Positions 8,347-18,807 of a stretch of DNA of 64,000 nt are shown one piece after another (the first letter of the stretch is position 1; each line of letters starts with the position of its first letter). Made by a program: the position numbers and the translations under genes. Source of the DNA: an uncultured Actinomycetes bacterium (GTDB lineage Bacteria > Actinomycetota > UBA4738 > HRBIN12); NCBI GenBank assembly GCA_963749895.1, contig CAVVOG010000003.1:987151-1051150 (forward strand), given 5' to 3'. The notes beneath the pieces are model-generated. The model saw nothing but the letters and a program-made list of their open reading frames with translations, ran no database searches and was not told the DNA's origin.

Positions 8347-9521
8347 CCCTCGCCCTCCGTGAACACGCGGTCCAGCGCCTCGGCCGCTCGCTCGCACGCC
8401 TCGAGCGGCGGCACCATCGCGATCCGCACGTACCCCTCCCCCTCCGGACCGAAGAACGACCCTGGGGCCACCACGACGTTCGCACGATCGAGCAGCTCGA
8501 GGGCCCATCCCAGCGACGGCCGTCCCGCCGGCACCGCGACCCACAGGTAGAACGTGGCCTCACTCCCGGTGACCTCGACGCCGTGGCGCTCGAAGAGGTC
8601 GAGGAAGACGCGGCGCTTCGCCGCGTACCGTGCCCGATTCTGCTCCACGTGCAGCTCGTCCGCCCAGGCCGCCACGGAGGCACGCTGGACGAACTCCTGC
8701 GGGGTGACGCCGACCGCGGGACGGAGCCGCCTCAGCGCGCCGATCAGCTCGACGTCCCCGGCGATGAACCCGCTGCGGTACCCGGTCATCGACGAGCGCT
8801 TCGACAAGGTGTTGATCGCGACCACGTTGCCGTGGTCTCGCCCCGGAACCTCCAGCGCGCTCGGGGGCGGCGGGGCATCGAACCACAGCTCGCTGTATGC
8901 CTCGTCCGACGCCAACAGGACGTCATGCGCGCGGCACCGATCCACCGCCTCCTCCAGGAACGACAGGGGCGCCACCGCGCCGGTGGGGTTGTTCGGGTAG
9001 TTCAGCCACAGGATCGCGGCACGGCTCCAGGTCGCGTCGTCGATCGCGCCGAGGTCCGGCAGGAACCCCCGATCGGCGGTGAGCGGGAGCCGCCGGACCT
9101 CGCCGCCCGCGTATCGGGCCCCGCGCTCCGGGATCGGGTATCCGGGCGCCGTGACGAGGACCAGGTCCTTGCCGACGCCGGGGTCGAGGACCGCCTGCGC
9201 GAGCGAGAACACGACCTCCTTCGACCCCAGGATCGGAAGGATCTGCCGGTCGGGATCGACGTGGACACCGAAGCGACGTTCGATCCAGACCTCGATCGCG
9301 TGGCGGAGCTCGGGGAGACCGGCTGCGCGCGGGTACGACGACATCGGCGCGATCGCGTCCCTCAGGGCATCACGGATCAGCTCCGGTGTCTCCTCCCTCG
9401 GGTCGCCGACCCCGAAGTCGATCAAGGTGCGGCCTTCGGCGTGCGCGGCAGCCACGCGCCGGTCGAGCTCCTCGAACGGGTACGGCTCGACGGCACGGAT
9501 CCCCGGCGACAGGTGCGTCAT
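8343..9521 (-). CDS. dapC: Class I PLP aminotransferase, probably N-succinyldiaminopimelate aminotransferase
   Basis: Fold-type I aminotransferase with the Lys motif SKRSSMTGYRSGF. It is sandwiched between dapE and dapD with 4-nt overlaps on both sides. Confidence 0.8.
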   Translation of the reverse strand: MTHLSPGIRAVEPYPFEELDRRVAAAHAEGRTLIDFGVGDPREETPELIRDALRDAIAPMSSYPRAAGLPELRHAIEVWIERRFGVHVDPDRQILPILGSKEVVFSLAQAVLDPGVGKDLVLVTAPGYPIPERGARYAGGEVRRLPLTADRGFLPDLGAIDDATWSRAAILWLNYPNNPTGAVAPLSFLEEAVDRCRAHDVLLASDEAYSELWFDAPPPPSALEVPGRDHGNVVAINTLSKRSSMTGYRSGFIAGDVELIGALRRLRPAVGVTPQEFVQRASVAAWADELHVEQNRARYAAKRRVFLDLFERHGVEVTGSEATFYLWVAVPAGRPSLGWALELLDRANVVVAPGSFFGPEGEGYVRIAMVPPLEACERAAEALDRVFTEGEG

Positions 9522-10612
9522 ACGATGCCCTCCGCACCCTCGAGGAACGCCGCGACCGTGCGGAAGCTGCGCTCGAGCGCCGCGACCGTGACGAGTTCGT
9601 CGTCCCGATGCGCGAAGGCCGGATCACCGGGTCCGAAGTTCACCGCCTCGATCCCGCCCTCGGCGAACTCGGCGACCGGGGTCCAGGCCTGCTTCGGGCG
9701 GACCTCCAGGTCACCGGCCCGCCGCAAGCGCTCGACGAGCGGGTTGCGGATCGCGACGGGTCCCGGGCGGGCGTTCGACACGACCTCGACCTCGACCGCG
9801 CGGTGGCCGAGCAGCTCGCGGATCCGAGCCTCGGCCTGTGCCGGCGTGACGCTCGGCGCGTAGCGGAAGTTCACCGTCGCCTCGACGTGGTCGGGAAGGA
9901 CGTTGGCGGCGACGCCGCCGTCGATCCGGGTGACGTTCACGACCTCGCGATAGACGAGCCCGTCGATCTCGACATCACGGATCGGCAGATCGGCGATCGA
10001 GGCGAGCGCCTCGATCGCGTGGTGGATCGCGTTGTCGCCCAGCCAGGGGCGGGCGCTGTGCGCCGCGACCCCTCGTGCGATCACCCGCGCGTTCAGGTTC
10101 CCCAGGCACCCGATCTCCAGAGCGTTGTCGGTCGGCTCCATCACGACCGCCAGGTCGGCCTCGCGCAGCGCCGGCGCCCGTTCGAACAGGGGAAGCAGCG
10201 CGCTATCGTCGGTCGAGACCTCTTCTCGACCGAAGAAGAGGAAGCCGACGTCGAGGTCGGTGGCGAGCTCGCCTCTCGCGAACGCCTCCATCGCCTCGAG
10301 CATCACGGCCACGCCGGCCTTCATGTCGGAGGCACCGCGACCGATCACGGCGTCGCCCTCGCGACGTCCCGGGACGTTGTCGGCCACCGGGACCGTGTCG
10401 ACGTGCCCGGCGAACACGACCAGCGGCGCTCCCCCGCGGCGCGTCGTCGGCAGGTAGAGCAGGCAGGCGTCGGCGTCGTCGGCGAGGTCGAACCCCTCGG
10501 GGACCTCCTCGCGGAGGTGGGCCAATATCGTGGCCTCGTCCCAGCTCTCCGAAGCCACGTCGATCAGCGCGAGGGTCCGGGCAGCCAGCCGTTCGGCGAC
10601 CTGTGCATTCAT
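9518..10612 (-). CDS. dapE: Succinyl-diaminopimelate desuccinylase (M20 family)
   Basis: M20 peptidase motifs (FAGHVDTVP, GASDMKAG). Start is ATG 10612. The 246 Arg-rich codons upstream in the track ORF are discarded. Forms an ATGA overlap with the dapF stop. Confidence 0.85.
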   Translation of the reverse strand: MNAQVAERLAARTLALIDVASESWDEATILAHLREEVPEGFDLADDADACLLYLPTTRRGGAPLVVFAGHVDTVPVADNVPGRREGDAVIGRGASDMKAGVAVMLEAMEAFARGELATDLDVGFLFFGREEVSTDDSALLPLFERAPALREADLAVVMEPTDNALEIGCLGNLNARVIARGVAAHSARPWLGDNAIHHAIEALASIADLPIRDVEIDGLVYREVVNVTRIDGGVAANVLPDHVEATVNFRYAPSVTPAQAEARIRELLGHRAVEVEVVSNARPGPVAIRNPLVERLRRAGDLEVRPKQAWTPVAEFAEGGIEAVNFGPGDPAFAHRDDELVTVAALERSFRTVAAFLEGAEGIV

Positions 10613-11454
10613 CCGAGGCCGTCCAGGTCCACGTCGGCCTCGAACACCTTCGACACCGGCCCACCCAGGAGGACCTCGCCGTCGTCGCGACGCTCGACCG
10701 ACAGCGGCCCGCCGGGGAACCGCACCGTGACCGTCGCGGGAGCTCGGCCCGACTCGTGAGCCGCGACCGCGACCGCGCACGCGCCCGTCCCGCAGGCGAG
10801 CGTCTCCCCCACCCCGCGCTCCCACACGCGCACGTCGATCCCGTCGGTGCCGACGCGAGCGAACTCGACGTTCGTCCGCTCCGGGAAGAGCTCGTGGCGC
10901 TCCAGCATCGGCCCGAGGTGGTGCAGGTGGAATGCCTCCGGATCGTCCTCGGTGAACAGGACCAGGTGCGGGTTCCCCATCGACACGGCGCTCGCCGTGA
11001 GGACCAGCCCCCCGCCGAGGTCGAACGGCTGCTCCAGGAACGTCTCCCAGGCCGGGCCCCGCATCGGGATCGCCGCCTTCGTGAAGTTCGGCACGCCCAT
11101 CGCGACCGTGGCGCCCCGCACGCGCCCCTCGGCGACCTGGAGCGTCACGCGTCGGGGTCCCGCGAGGGTCGTGACGTCCAACGTCTCGCCGTCCACCCGC
11201 CCACGATCGAACGCGAACGCCCCGACGCATCGCAGTCCGTTCCCGCTGACCTCCGCCGGTGTCCCGTCGGCGTTCACGAGCTCGAAACCGAACGACGAAC
11301 CGTCGCCACCGCGCAGTCCGATCACGCCGTCCGCGCCCACCCCGTGCCACCGGTCGCAGAGGGCCCGGACGTCGCCCGCGGCAGGCGCCGGGCCGTCGAC
11401 GAGCAGGAAGTCGTTGCCCGACGCCTGGTACTTCGCCACCCGTAGCTCACGCAT
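10609..11454 (-). CDS. dapF: Diaminopimelate epimerase
   Basis: MRELRVAKYQASGNDFLLVDG...NPH...CGTGACAVAVAA, the two catalytic Cys half-domains. The position downstream of miaA is canonical. Confidence 0.9.
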   Translation of the reverse strand: MRELRVAKYQASGNDFLLVDGPAPAAGDVRALCDRWHGVGADGVIGLRGGDGSSFGFELVNADGTPAEVSGNGLRCVGAFAFDRGRVDGETLDVTTLAGPRRVTLQVAEGRVRGATVAMGVPNFTKAAIPMRGPAWETFLEQPFDLGGGLVLTASAVSMGNPHLVLFTEDDPEAFHLHHLGPMLERHELFPERTNVEFARVGTDGIDVRVWERGVGETLACGTGACAVAVAAHESGRAPATVTVRFPGGPLSVERRDDGEVLLGGPVSKVFEADVDLDGLG

Positions 11455-12352
11455 CGGCACCCTCGAGGTACACCGCGATCGCGTCGAGTGCATCGCCTGG
11501 GCCGTCCGGGCCGACGTCGAACCAGCAGATCCTCGGATCCTTCCGGAACCACGCCATCTGACGGCGCGCCAACTCCTTCGTACGCTTCACGGTCCGCTCC
11601 ACGGCTTCTTCCAGCGAGAGCCTACCGTCGAGGTGCCAGGCCAGTTCCGCGTACCCGATCGCCTGCGTGGAGGTGAGCCATCCGCCGAGGCCGCGCCCCA
11701 CGAGGTCGCGGACCTCGTCGAGCCACCCGGCGACCAGCATCGCCTCGATGCGGCCCGCGATCCGTGCCGCGAGGACCGGTCGGTCGACCCGCAGGCCCGC
11801 CGCCCGGACGCGCGCGGGATCGTAGACCTCCCACGCCTCGGCGAAGGCGCTGAACGGGGCACCGGACACCGCCGCGACCTCGAGCGCCCGGACGATCCGC
11901 CGGACGTTCCCCGGCTCGATCCTGCCTGCCGCGACCGGATCGAGCGCCGCGAGCCGTTCGAACATCCGGGCGGCTCCGACGACCTCCGCCTCGACCTGGA
12001 GGCTCGCTCTGACCGTGGCGTCCTCCGGTGGGAACGTCAGGTCGTCGACGATCGCACGCAGATAGAGCCCGCTGCCGCCGACCAGCAGGGGACGATCGAC
12101 CCGTGGCAGGACGTCGCGCGCCGCCGCCTGGAACCGGGCGACCGTGAATCGCTCCGAGGGCTCGGCCAGGTCGATGAGATGGTGCGACACCGTGGCTCGT
12201 TGGATCGCCGTGGGCTTGGCCGTCCCGATGTCCATGCCCCGGTAGACGAGCATCGAGTCAACCGAGACGACCTCACACCCGAGCCGCTGCGCGAGCGCGA
12301 TACCCGCCTCGGTCTTGCCGCTCGCGGTGGGCCCGACGAGGGCGCGGAGCAT
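11447..12352 (-). CDS. miaA: tRNA dimethylallyltransferase
   Basis: P-loop GPTASGKTEAGIALAQRLGCEVVSVDSMLVYRGMDIGTAKPT. Start is ATG 12352, overlapping the miaB stop. Confidence 0.9.
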   Translation of the reverse strand: MLRALVGPTASGKTEAGIALAQRLGCEVVSVDSMLVYRGMDIGTAKPTAIQRATVSHHLIDLAEPSERFTVARFQAAARDVLPRVDRPLLVGGSGLYLRAIVDDLTFPPEDATVRASLQVEAEVVGAARMFERLAALDPVAAGRIEPGNVRRIVRALEVAAVSGAPFSAFAEAWEVYDPARVRAAGLRVDRPVLAARIAGRIEAMLVAGWLDEVRDLVGRGLGGWLTSTQAIGYAELAWHLDGRLSLEEAVERTVKRTKELARRQMAWFRKDPRICWFDVGPDGPGDALDAIAVYLEGADA

Positions 12353-13695
12353 CAGACCGCGACGGCCTCGGGGGTGGCCACGACCTCGCCGGCCAGGTGG
12401 TGCGGGGCGGCGTCGGTGATCCTCGCCCACGCGAACGTCCCGGGGTCGAGCGGCTCCGCGAGATGCACGATGCGGTTCGTTCGGGTACGCGACTGCGTGG
12501 AGCCGCCCTTCTTCCCGGCGCCCTCGACGAGGACCTCCACCGTCGTGCCCACCTGGGCGCGTCCACGCTCGAACGAGATCCGCTCCTGGAGGGCGAGCAG
12601 CCGGTCGAACCGATCTTGGACGACCTCCTTCGACACCTGATGCTCCATCGACGCCGCGCGGGTCCCCGGCCGCGGCGAGTACTGGAACATGTACGCCGAA
12701 TCGAATCGGGCTCGCTCGACCAGGTCGAGCGTCTCGGCGAAGTCCCGTTCGGTCTCACCGGGGAAGCCGACGATGATGTCGGTCGACACCGCGATGCCGG
12801 GGATGGCCGCGCGGATCGCACCGAGCCACTCGAGGTACCGCTCGCGACGGTAGGAGCGCTGCATCGCCTTCAGGACCTCGTCGGAGCCCGACTGGAGCGG
12901 GAAGTGGATGTGCTCGCAGACCTTCTCGCTCTCGGCCATCGCCTCGATGACGTCGGGCGTGAAGTCGTGCGGGTGGGGCGACGTGAACCGGATCCGCCGC
13001 AGGCCGTCGACCTCGTTCACCATCCGGAGAAGGTCGGCGAAGAGGGGACGACGCGCCGAACCGTCGACCGTCACGTCGCGACCGTAGGTGTTCACGTTCT
13101 GACCCAGCAGGGTCACCTCGACGACCCCGCGGGTGGCGAGGCCCTGGACCTCGGCGAGCACGTCGCCGATCGCCCGTGAACGCTGGGCACCGCGGACGAA
13201 CGGCACGATGCAGAACGAGCAGGCGTTGTCACACCCCGTGGCGATCGAGACCCACGCGCGGAAGTCATCGTGTCGAGCGGCCGGGAGCGCACTCGGGAAC
13301 GTCTCCGTGTACTCCCGAACATCCATCTGGGGACCTTCGCGGTCCGCCCGCTCGAGCAGGTCGAGCAGGTGCGGCAGCGCGTGGGTACCGACGACCACGT
13401 CGACCCAGGGCGCCTTCGACTGGATCAGTCCCTGGTCCTTCTGCGCGAGGCACCCCGCGACGACGATCCGAAGGTCGGGGTTCCGGTCCTTCAGAGGCTT
13501 GAGATGGCCGAGGTTCCCGTAGAGCCTGTTGTCGGCGTTCTCGCGGATCGCGCACGTGTTGAACACCACGACCCGTGCCTCGGCGACCTCGTCGGTCGGT
13601 GTCATCCCGGCGGCCATCAAGACCCCGCCGATCCGCTCCGAGTCATGCTCGTTCATCTGGCACCCGAAGGTGCGGATCAGGTACCTGGGCTCCAT
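12352..13695 (-). CDS. miaB: tRNA-i6A37 methylthiotransferase (radical SAM)
   Basis: N-terminal MTTase domain (FGCQMNEHDSER), a radical-SAM CxxxCxxC motif (CDNACSFC), and a TRAM domain. Start is ATG 13695. Confidence 0.9.
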   Translation of the reverse strand: MEPRYLIRTFGCQMNEHDSERIGGVLMAAGMTPTDEVAEARVVVFNTCAIRENADNRLYGNLGHLKPLKDRNPDLRIVVAGCLAQKDQGLIQSKAPWVDVVVGTHALPHLLDLLERADREGPQMDVREYTETFPSALPAARHDDFRAWVSIATGCDNACSFCIVPFVRGAQRSRAIGDVLAEVQGLATRGVVEVTLLGQNVNTYGRDVTVDGSARRPLFADLLRMVNEVDGLRRIRFTSPHPHDFTPDVIEAMAESEKVCEHIHFPLQSGSDEVLKAMQRSYRRERYLEWLGAIRAAIPGIAVSTDIIVGFPGETERDFAETLDLVERARFDSAYMFQYSPRPGTRAASMEHQVSKEVVQDRFDRLLALQERISFERGRAQVGTTVEVLVEGAGKKGGSTQSRTRTNRIVHLAEPLDPGTFAWARITDAAPHHLAGEVVATPEAVAV

Positions 13696-13763
13696 ACGGA
13701 GAACCAGGCTAGCGGACGGTCGGACGCCTGGCGCGACGACACCGCGCGTGGCAGCATGCGAAC

Positions 13764-14657
13764 GTGGAGCCCACGCGAGATCTCGAGGAGCTGATCGCCG
13801 CGGTCGCTCCGTTCCTCCCGGTCCCCGAACGCGGCGCGGAGCCCGTCGTCCTCGCCGGGTCACGCGCCACGCTGGTCGTCAGGCTCGCAGACACGGTCGT
13901 CCGGTTCCCCCTCGACGATGCCGGGCGCAGGCGACTGGAGCTCCAGGTGCGTCTCCTGCCCGTGTTGGCTGGGCGTCTTCCCGCAGCGGTGCCGTCACCC
14001 CTGACCGTCGTGGATCCCGGCCCGGGTCTTCCGTTCGGCGCGCTCGCGTACCCACGCCTGCCCGGCCGAGCGCTCGCGCGCGGCGACGAAGACACATGGC
14101 CATCGATCGCCGGGGACCTCGCCCATCTCCTGGCGAGCATCCACGGCACACCGGTCAGCCGCGCCACCGCGGCAGGTGTGCCGATCTGGAGCGCCTCCGA
14201 GCGCATGTCGGAGCTCGACGCTGCCGTCGGTCCGGCGCTGGCCGACGCCCTATCGGCAGAGGAGGCGACGAAGTTCTCGTACCGTTGGGACGACGCCGTC
14301 GCCGTGCTGGCGCTCCACCCGCCGGCCCCCCTCCTGTGCCACGGCGATCCCTGGTACGACAACCTCCTGATCGATGAAGCGTCCGGACGGATCGTCGCCG
14401 TGCTCGACTTCGAGCACGCGGTGATCGCCGACGTCGCCCTCGATCTCGCCGCCGTGTTCCACATGAGCGAAGCGTTCGGGCTCGCCGTCGTCGAGGGTTA
14501 CGAGGACCGGCGTGGCCTCGACCCGTCGCTCCGCGGACGGATCGCAGCTCACCGACTGATCCGTGAGATCGCTGGGCTCGCAGATGCCGTCGCCAACGAC
14601 CCTCTCGAGGTCCCGGAGCAGGTCGCGAAGGTCAAGCGGCTGATCTCCGCGACGTAG
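13764..14657 (+). CDS. Aminoglycoside/kinase-like phosphotransferase (APH family)
   Basis: Kinase-like motifs HGDPWYDNLL and DFEHA. GTG start. It is a lone plus-strand gene between miaB and rny. Confidence 0.7.
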   Translation: MEPTRDLEELIAAVAPFLPVPERGAEPVVLAGSRATLVVRLADTVVRFPLDDAGRRRLELQVRLLPVLAGRLPAAVPSPLTVVDPGPGLPFGALAYPRLPGRALARGDEDTWPSIAGDLAHLLASIHGTPVSRATAAGVPIWSASERMSELDAAVGPALADALSAEEATKFSYRWDDAVAVLALHPPAPLLCHGDPWYDNLLIDEASGRIVAVLDFEHAVIADVALDLAAVFHMSEAFGLAVVEGYEDRRGLDPSLRGRIAAHRLIREIAGLADAVANDPLEVPEQVAKVKRLISAT

Positions 14658-14660
14658 GCG

Positions 14661-16247
14661 CTATCTCGCGTACTCCGTGGCGCGGGTCTCGCGGACCACC
14701 GTGATGCGGATCTGTCCGGGGTACTGCAGCTCCTCCTCCACCTGCTTCGCGATGTCGCGAGCGATCACCTGCGCCTGGATGTCGTCCACGTCCTCGGGCT
14801 GCACCAGCACGCGGACCTCACGGCCGGCCTGCATCGCGTAGACCTTCTCGACGCCCTCGAACGCGTTGCAGATCTCCTCGAGCCGTTCGAGCCGCTTCAC
14901 GTAGGTCTCGAGCGACTCGCGTCGAGCGCCGGGGCGCCCTCCGCTGATCGAGTCGGCGATCTGGGCGAGCACCGCGTGGATCGTGCGCTGCTCGACCTCG
15001 CCGTGATGCGACTCGATGCAGTGGACGACCTCGGGGTCCTCCTTCATGCGCCGCGCGATCTCCGCGCCGATGATCGCGTGGGATCCCTCGACCTCGTGCG
15101 TCACCGCCTTCCCGACGTCGTGCAGGAACGCGCCGCGCTTCGCGATCGTGGGGTCGACGCCGAGCTCGGCGGCGAGGGACGACGCGATGTGGGCGGACTC
15201 GACGAGGTGCTTCAGCACGTTCTGGCCATAGCTCGTGCGGAACTGCAGGCGCCCGAGCAGCTTCACCATCTCGGGGTGGATATCCGTGATGCCCACCTCG
15301 GCCACGGCGTCCTCACCCGCCCGGCGGATCCGCTCATCGATCTCGGCGAGGGAACGCTCGTGAACCTCTTCGATCCGCGCCGGATGGATCCGACCGTCGG
15401 CGACGAGCTTCTCGAGCGTGAGCCTGGCGGCCTCTCGACGGACCGGATCGAACGAGCTCAGCACGACCGCCTCAGGGGTGTCATCGATGATGATGTTGAC
15501 CCCGGTCGCCGCCTCGAAGGCGCGGATGTTCCGGCCCTCGCGACCGATGATGCGCCCCTTCATGTCCTCGCTGGGGAGGGTGAACACCGCTACCGTCGAC
15601 TCCGCGGTCTGTTCGGAGGCGACCCGCTGGATCGCTACCGTGAGGATCTTCCGGGCGCGTTCTTCGCCCTCCTCTCGGGCGTGCTGCTCGATCTCGCGGA
15701 CCTGGGTCATCGCGGACCGCTTCGCGTCGTCGACGACCTCGGACACCAGGGTCTCCCTGGCCTCGGCAGAGGTCATGCCGGCCACCCGCTCCAGCTGAGC
15801 ACGGTGTTGTTCGGCCGCCTTCTCGAGCCGAGCACGGACCTCGGCGAGCCGCTCGTCGCGCTCCTGCAGCTCTTCGGCGCGGGCGTCCAGCCGTTGAGTC
15901 CTCGTACGGATCTCGTCTTCAGCCTCGCTGATCCGGCGCTCGAGCCTGGCGATCTCCTCGCGCCGCGCCTTCACGTCCTCCTCAGCCTCGCGGCGGATCT
16001 GGGCGGCGTCGTTCTTGGCCTCCTCGAGAGACCGTCGGAGGGTCTGCGCGGCCTCCTGCTCGGCCTGGACCCGGACCTGCTCCGCATCACGGCGGATCTG
16101 GTCGGACTCCTGTCGGGCGTTCGCGAGCGTCGTAGTGGCTTGGGCCTCGATCGTGCGGGCACCGGAACGGGCCAGCGAGGCACGGATCAGGAACCCGGCC
16201 GCGACGCCCAGGAGCAGAGCGACGAGGCCGACGATGACCGAGGTCAT
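14661..16247 (-). CDS. rny: Ribonuclease Y
   Basis: N-terminal TM helix, a long coiled-coil, a KH domain and an HD domain (GQNVLKHLVESAHIASSLAAELG...HDVGK). It sits downstream of recA-recX, as in Firmicutes. Confidence 0.9.
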   Translation of the reverse strand: MTSVIVGLVALLLGVAAGFLIRASLARSGARTIEAQATTTLANARQESDQIRRDAEQVRVQAEQEAAQTLRRSLEEAKNDAAQIRREAEEDVKARREEIARLERRISEAEDEIRTRTQRLDARAEELQERDERLAEVRARLEKAAEQHRAQLERVAGMTSAEARETLVSEVVDDAKRSAMTQVREIEQHAREEGEERARKILTVAIQRVASEQTAESTVAVFTLPSEDMKGRIIGREGRNIRAFEAATGVNIIIDDTPEAVVLSSFDPVRREAARLTLEKLVADGRIHPARIEEVHERSLAEIDERIRRAGEDAVAEVGITDIHPEMVKLLGRLQFRTSYGQNVLKHLVESAHIASSLAAELGVDPTIAKRGAFLHDVGKAVTHEVEGSHAIIGAEIARRMKEDPEVVHCIESHHGEVEQRTIHAVLAQIADSISGGRPGARRESLETYVKRLERLEEICNAFEGVEKVYAMQAGREVRVLVQPEDVDDIQAQVIARDIAKQVEEELQYPGQIRITVVRETRATEYAR

Positions 16248-16488
16248 GGTTCCTCCCTCTCGTCAGGGAGAGGAACCCGTGGAACGCCGTTCCTTCGGCT
16301 GCCAGAGCGCGTACGGACGCGGACCGCGCCCGCCTAGGGCGTACCTCGCTCCTTGGGGGAGGTCGATCGGTTCCTGGGATGGTCGCTCATGTGGCTGGTC
16401 TCAGGTGAACGGGCGGGATCCGTTGGGTTGCCTCTCGGTGGATATCGTGTCCCGCCACGATACGGCGGCCCACCCCCGGAGGCAAGGC

Positions 16489-16983
16489 TCAGTCCTCGTC
16501 AGCCTGCAAGGCAAGGGCTCTCCGCGCAGATCGACGGGCGATCTCAGGTGCGTAGCCGCGCCGCATCAGCAACCCGCTCAGTCGGGCGAAGGCCTTGTCC
16601 GGGGCGATCCCCGCGAGGCGGCCGGCACGCTCGACCGCCAGCGCGTCTGCTTGCGCATCCTCGTCGACCGCGAGGTCGTCCAGGACGCTCGCGGCGGTGT
16701 CGCCCGCCACGCCGGCCGCCGCGAGGCGGCCCGCGACGACGCGCCGAGCCTCACGTCGCCGCCCCACTGCGTGCTCCGCGAGCGCCCGGGCGAACGCCTC
16801 GTCGTCGATCAGGCCCACACGCTCGAGGCGCTCGAGCTCGTCGTCGACCTCGTCGGCATCGAAACCTGCTCCTACGAGCCGGCGCTCGAGCTCTCGGCGG
16901 CTGCGCTGTCGCACCGCCAAGAGCCCGAGCGCGCGCTCGTGAACGTCCTTCGTCGCACGACGAGATCCGCCGGCAGCGGGCAC
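16489..16983 (-). CDS. recX: Recombination regulator RecX
   Basis: 164 aa helical-repeat protein, 5 nt downstream of the recA stop. Confidence 0.85.
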   Translation of the reverse strand: MPAAGGSRRATKDVHERALGLLAVRQRSRRELERRLVGAGFDADEVDDELERLERVGLIDDEAFARALAEHAVGRRREARRVVAGRLAAAGVAGDTAASVLDDLAVDEDAQADALAVERAGRLAGIAPDKAFARLSGLLMRRGYAPEIARRSARRALALQADED

Positions 16984-16990
16984 CGGGCCG

Positions 16991-18160
<1,170 letters not shown>

Positions 18161-18204
18161 AAGTTACACCTCTGTCATTCCCGACAGGGTGCGGCGAGCC
18201 TACC

Positions 18205-18218
18205 CGAACACCTGTTCG
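18205..18218. promoter_or_regulatory. LexA operator (SOS box) CGAACacctGTTCG upstream of recA
   Basis: Perfect GAAC-N4-GTTC palindrome 45 to 58 nt upstream of the recA start codon. Confidence 0.7.
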
Positions 18219-18267
18219 ACCGCAAGCACGCGGAGGCGGCGTTCGAGGCCCCCGGGGCCTCCCCTCC

Positions 18268-18792
18268 TCAGCCGGCGTGGTGCGGATGCGGGTGCTCGGT
18301 GTGGACCGGAGGCTCGGGCAGAGGTGGCACGTCGCCGCTGGCCGCGGCCCGGACCGCTTTCACGATGCCGTCGTAGCCGGTGCAGCGGCAGAGGTTCCCC
18401 GACAGCCCAACGCGGATCTCGTCGTCGGTCGCCGCCGGCGTGTCGCGCAGGAGGGCGGTCGCCGAGACCAGCATCCCCGGGGTGCAGAACCCGCACTGGA
18501 CCCCTCCGAACTCGAGGAACGCCCGCTGAAGGGCACCCAGCTCGTCACCGGGGCTCAGCCCCTCCACCGTGGTCACCTGCTTGCCCTCGGCCTGCAACGC
18601 GAGGTAGGAGCACGAGTTCACGGGCTTGCCGTCGAGCAGCATCATGCAGGCGCCGCATTCCGAGTCGTCACAGCCCTCCTTCGCGCCGGTCAGCCCGATC
18701 TGGTCGCGGACGGCCTTGAGCAGGCTCGTGTGGGGATCGAGCTCCACCGGATAGGCGGCGCCGTTCACGCTGAGGGTGGCCTGGACCTTCAT
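18268..18792 (-). CDS. Molybdenum hydroxylase (xanthine dehydrogenase / CO dehydrogenase family) small subunit, 2x[2Fe-2S]
   Basis: Plant-type ferredoxin Cys cluster (CGACMMLLDG...NSC) and a second cluster (GFCTPGM, CRCTGY). Confidence 0.85.
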   Translation of the reverse strand: MKVQATLSVNGAAYPVELDPHTSLLKAVRDQIGLTGAKEGCDDSECGACMMLLDGKPVNSCSYLALQAEGKQVTTVEGLSPGDELGALQRAFLEFGGVQCGFCTPGMLVSATALLRDTPAATDDEIRVGLSGNLCRCTGYDGIVKAVRAAASGDVPPLPEPPVHTEHPHPHHAG

Positions 18793-18807
18793 CTGTTCGC
18801 TTCCTCC

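Noticed and set aside
16281-16293. GGAACGcCGTTCC palindrome upstream of rny, considered as a fourth SOS box.
   Set aside because: The spacing is GAAC-N3-GTTC, not the N4 of the Cheo-type LexA box. It is more likely part of the rny leader secondary structure.
16441-16470. ATCGTG...CACGATA inverted repeat just 3' of recX, considered as a terminator.
   Set aside because: The stem is only 7 bp with a 7-nt spacer and has no U-tract. It may contribute to recX/rny transcript boundaries but is not convincing on its own.
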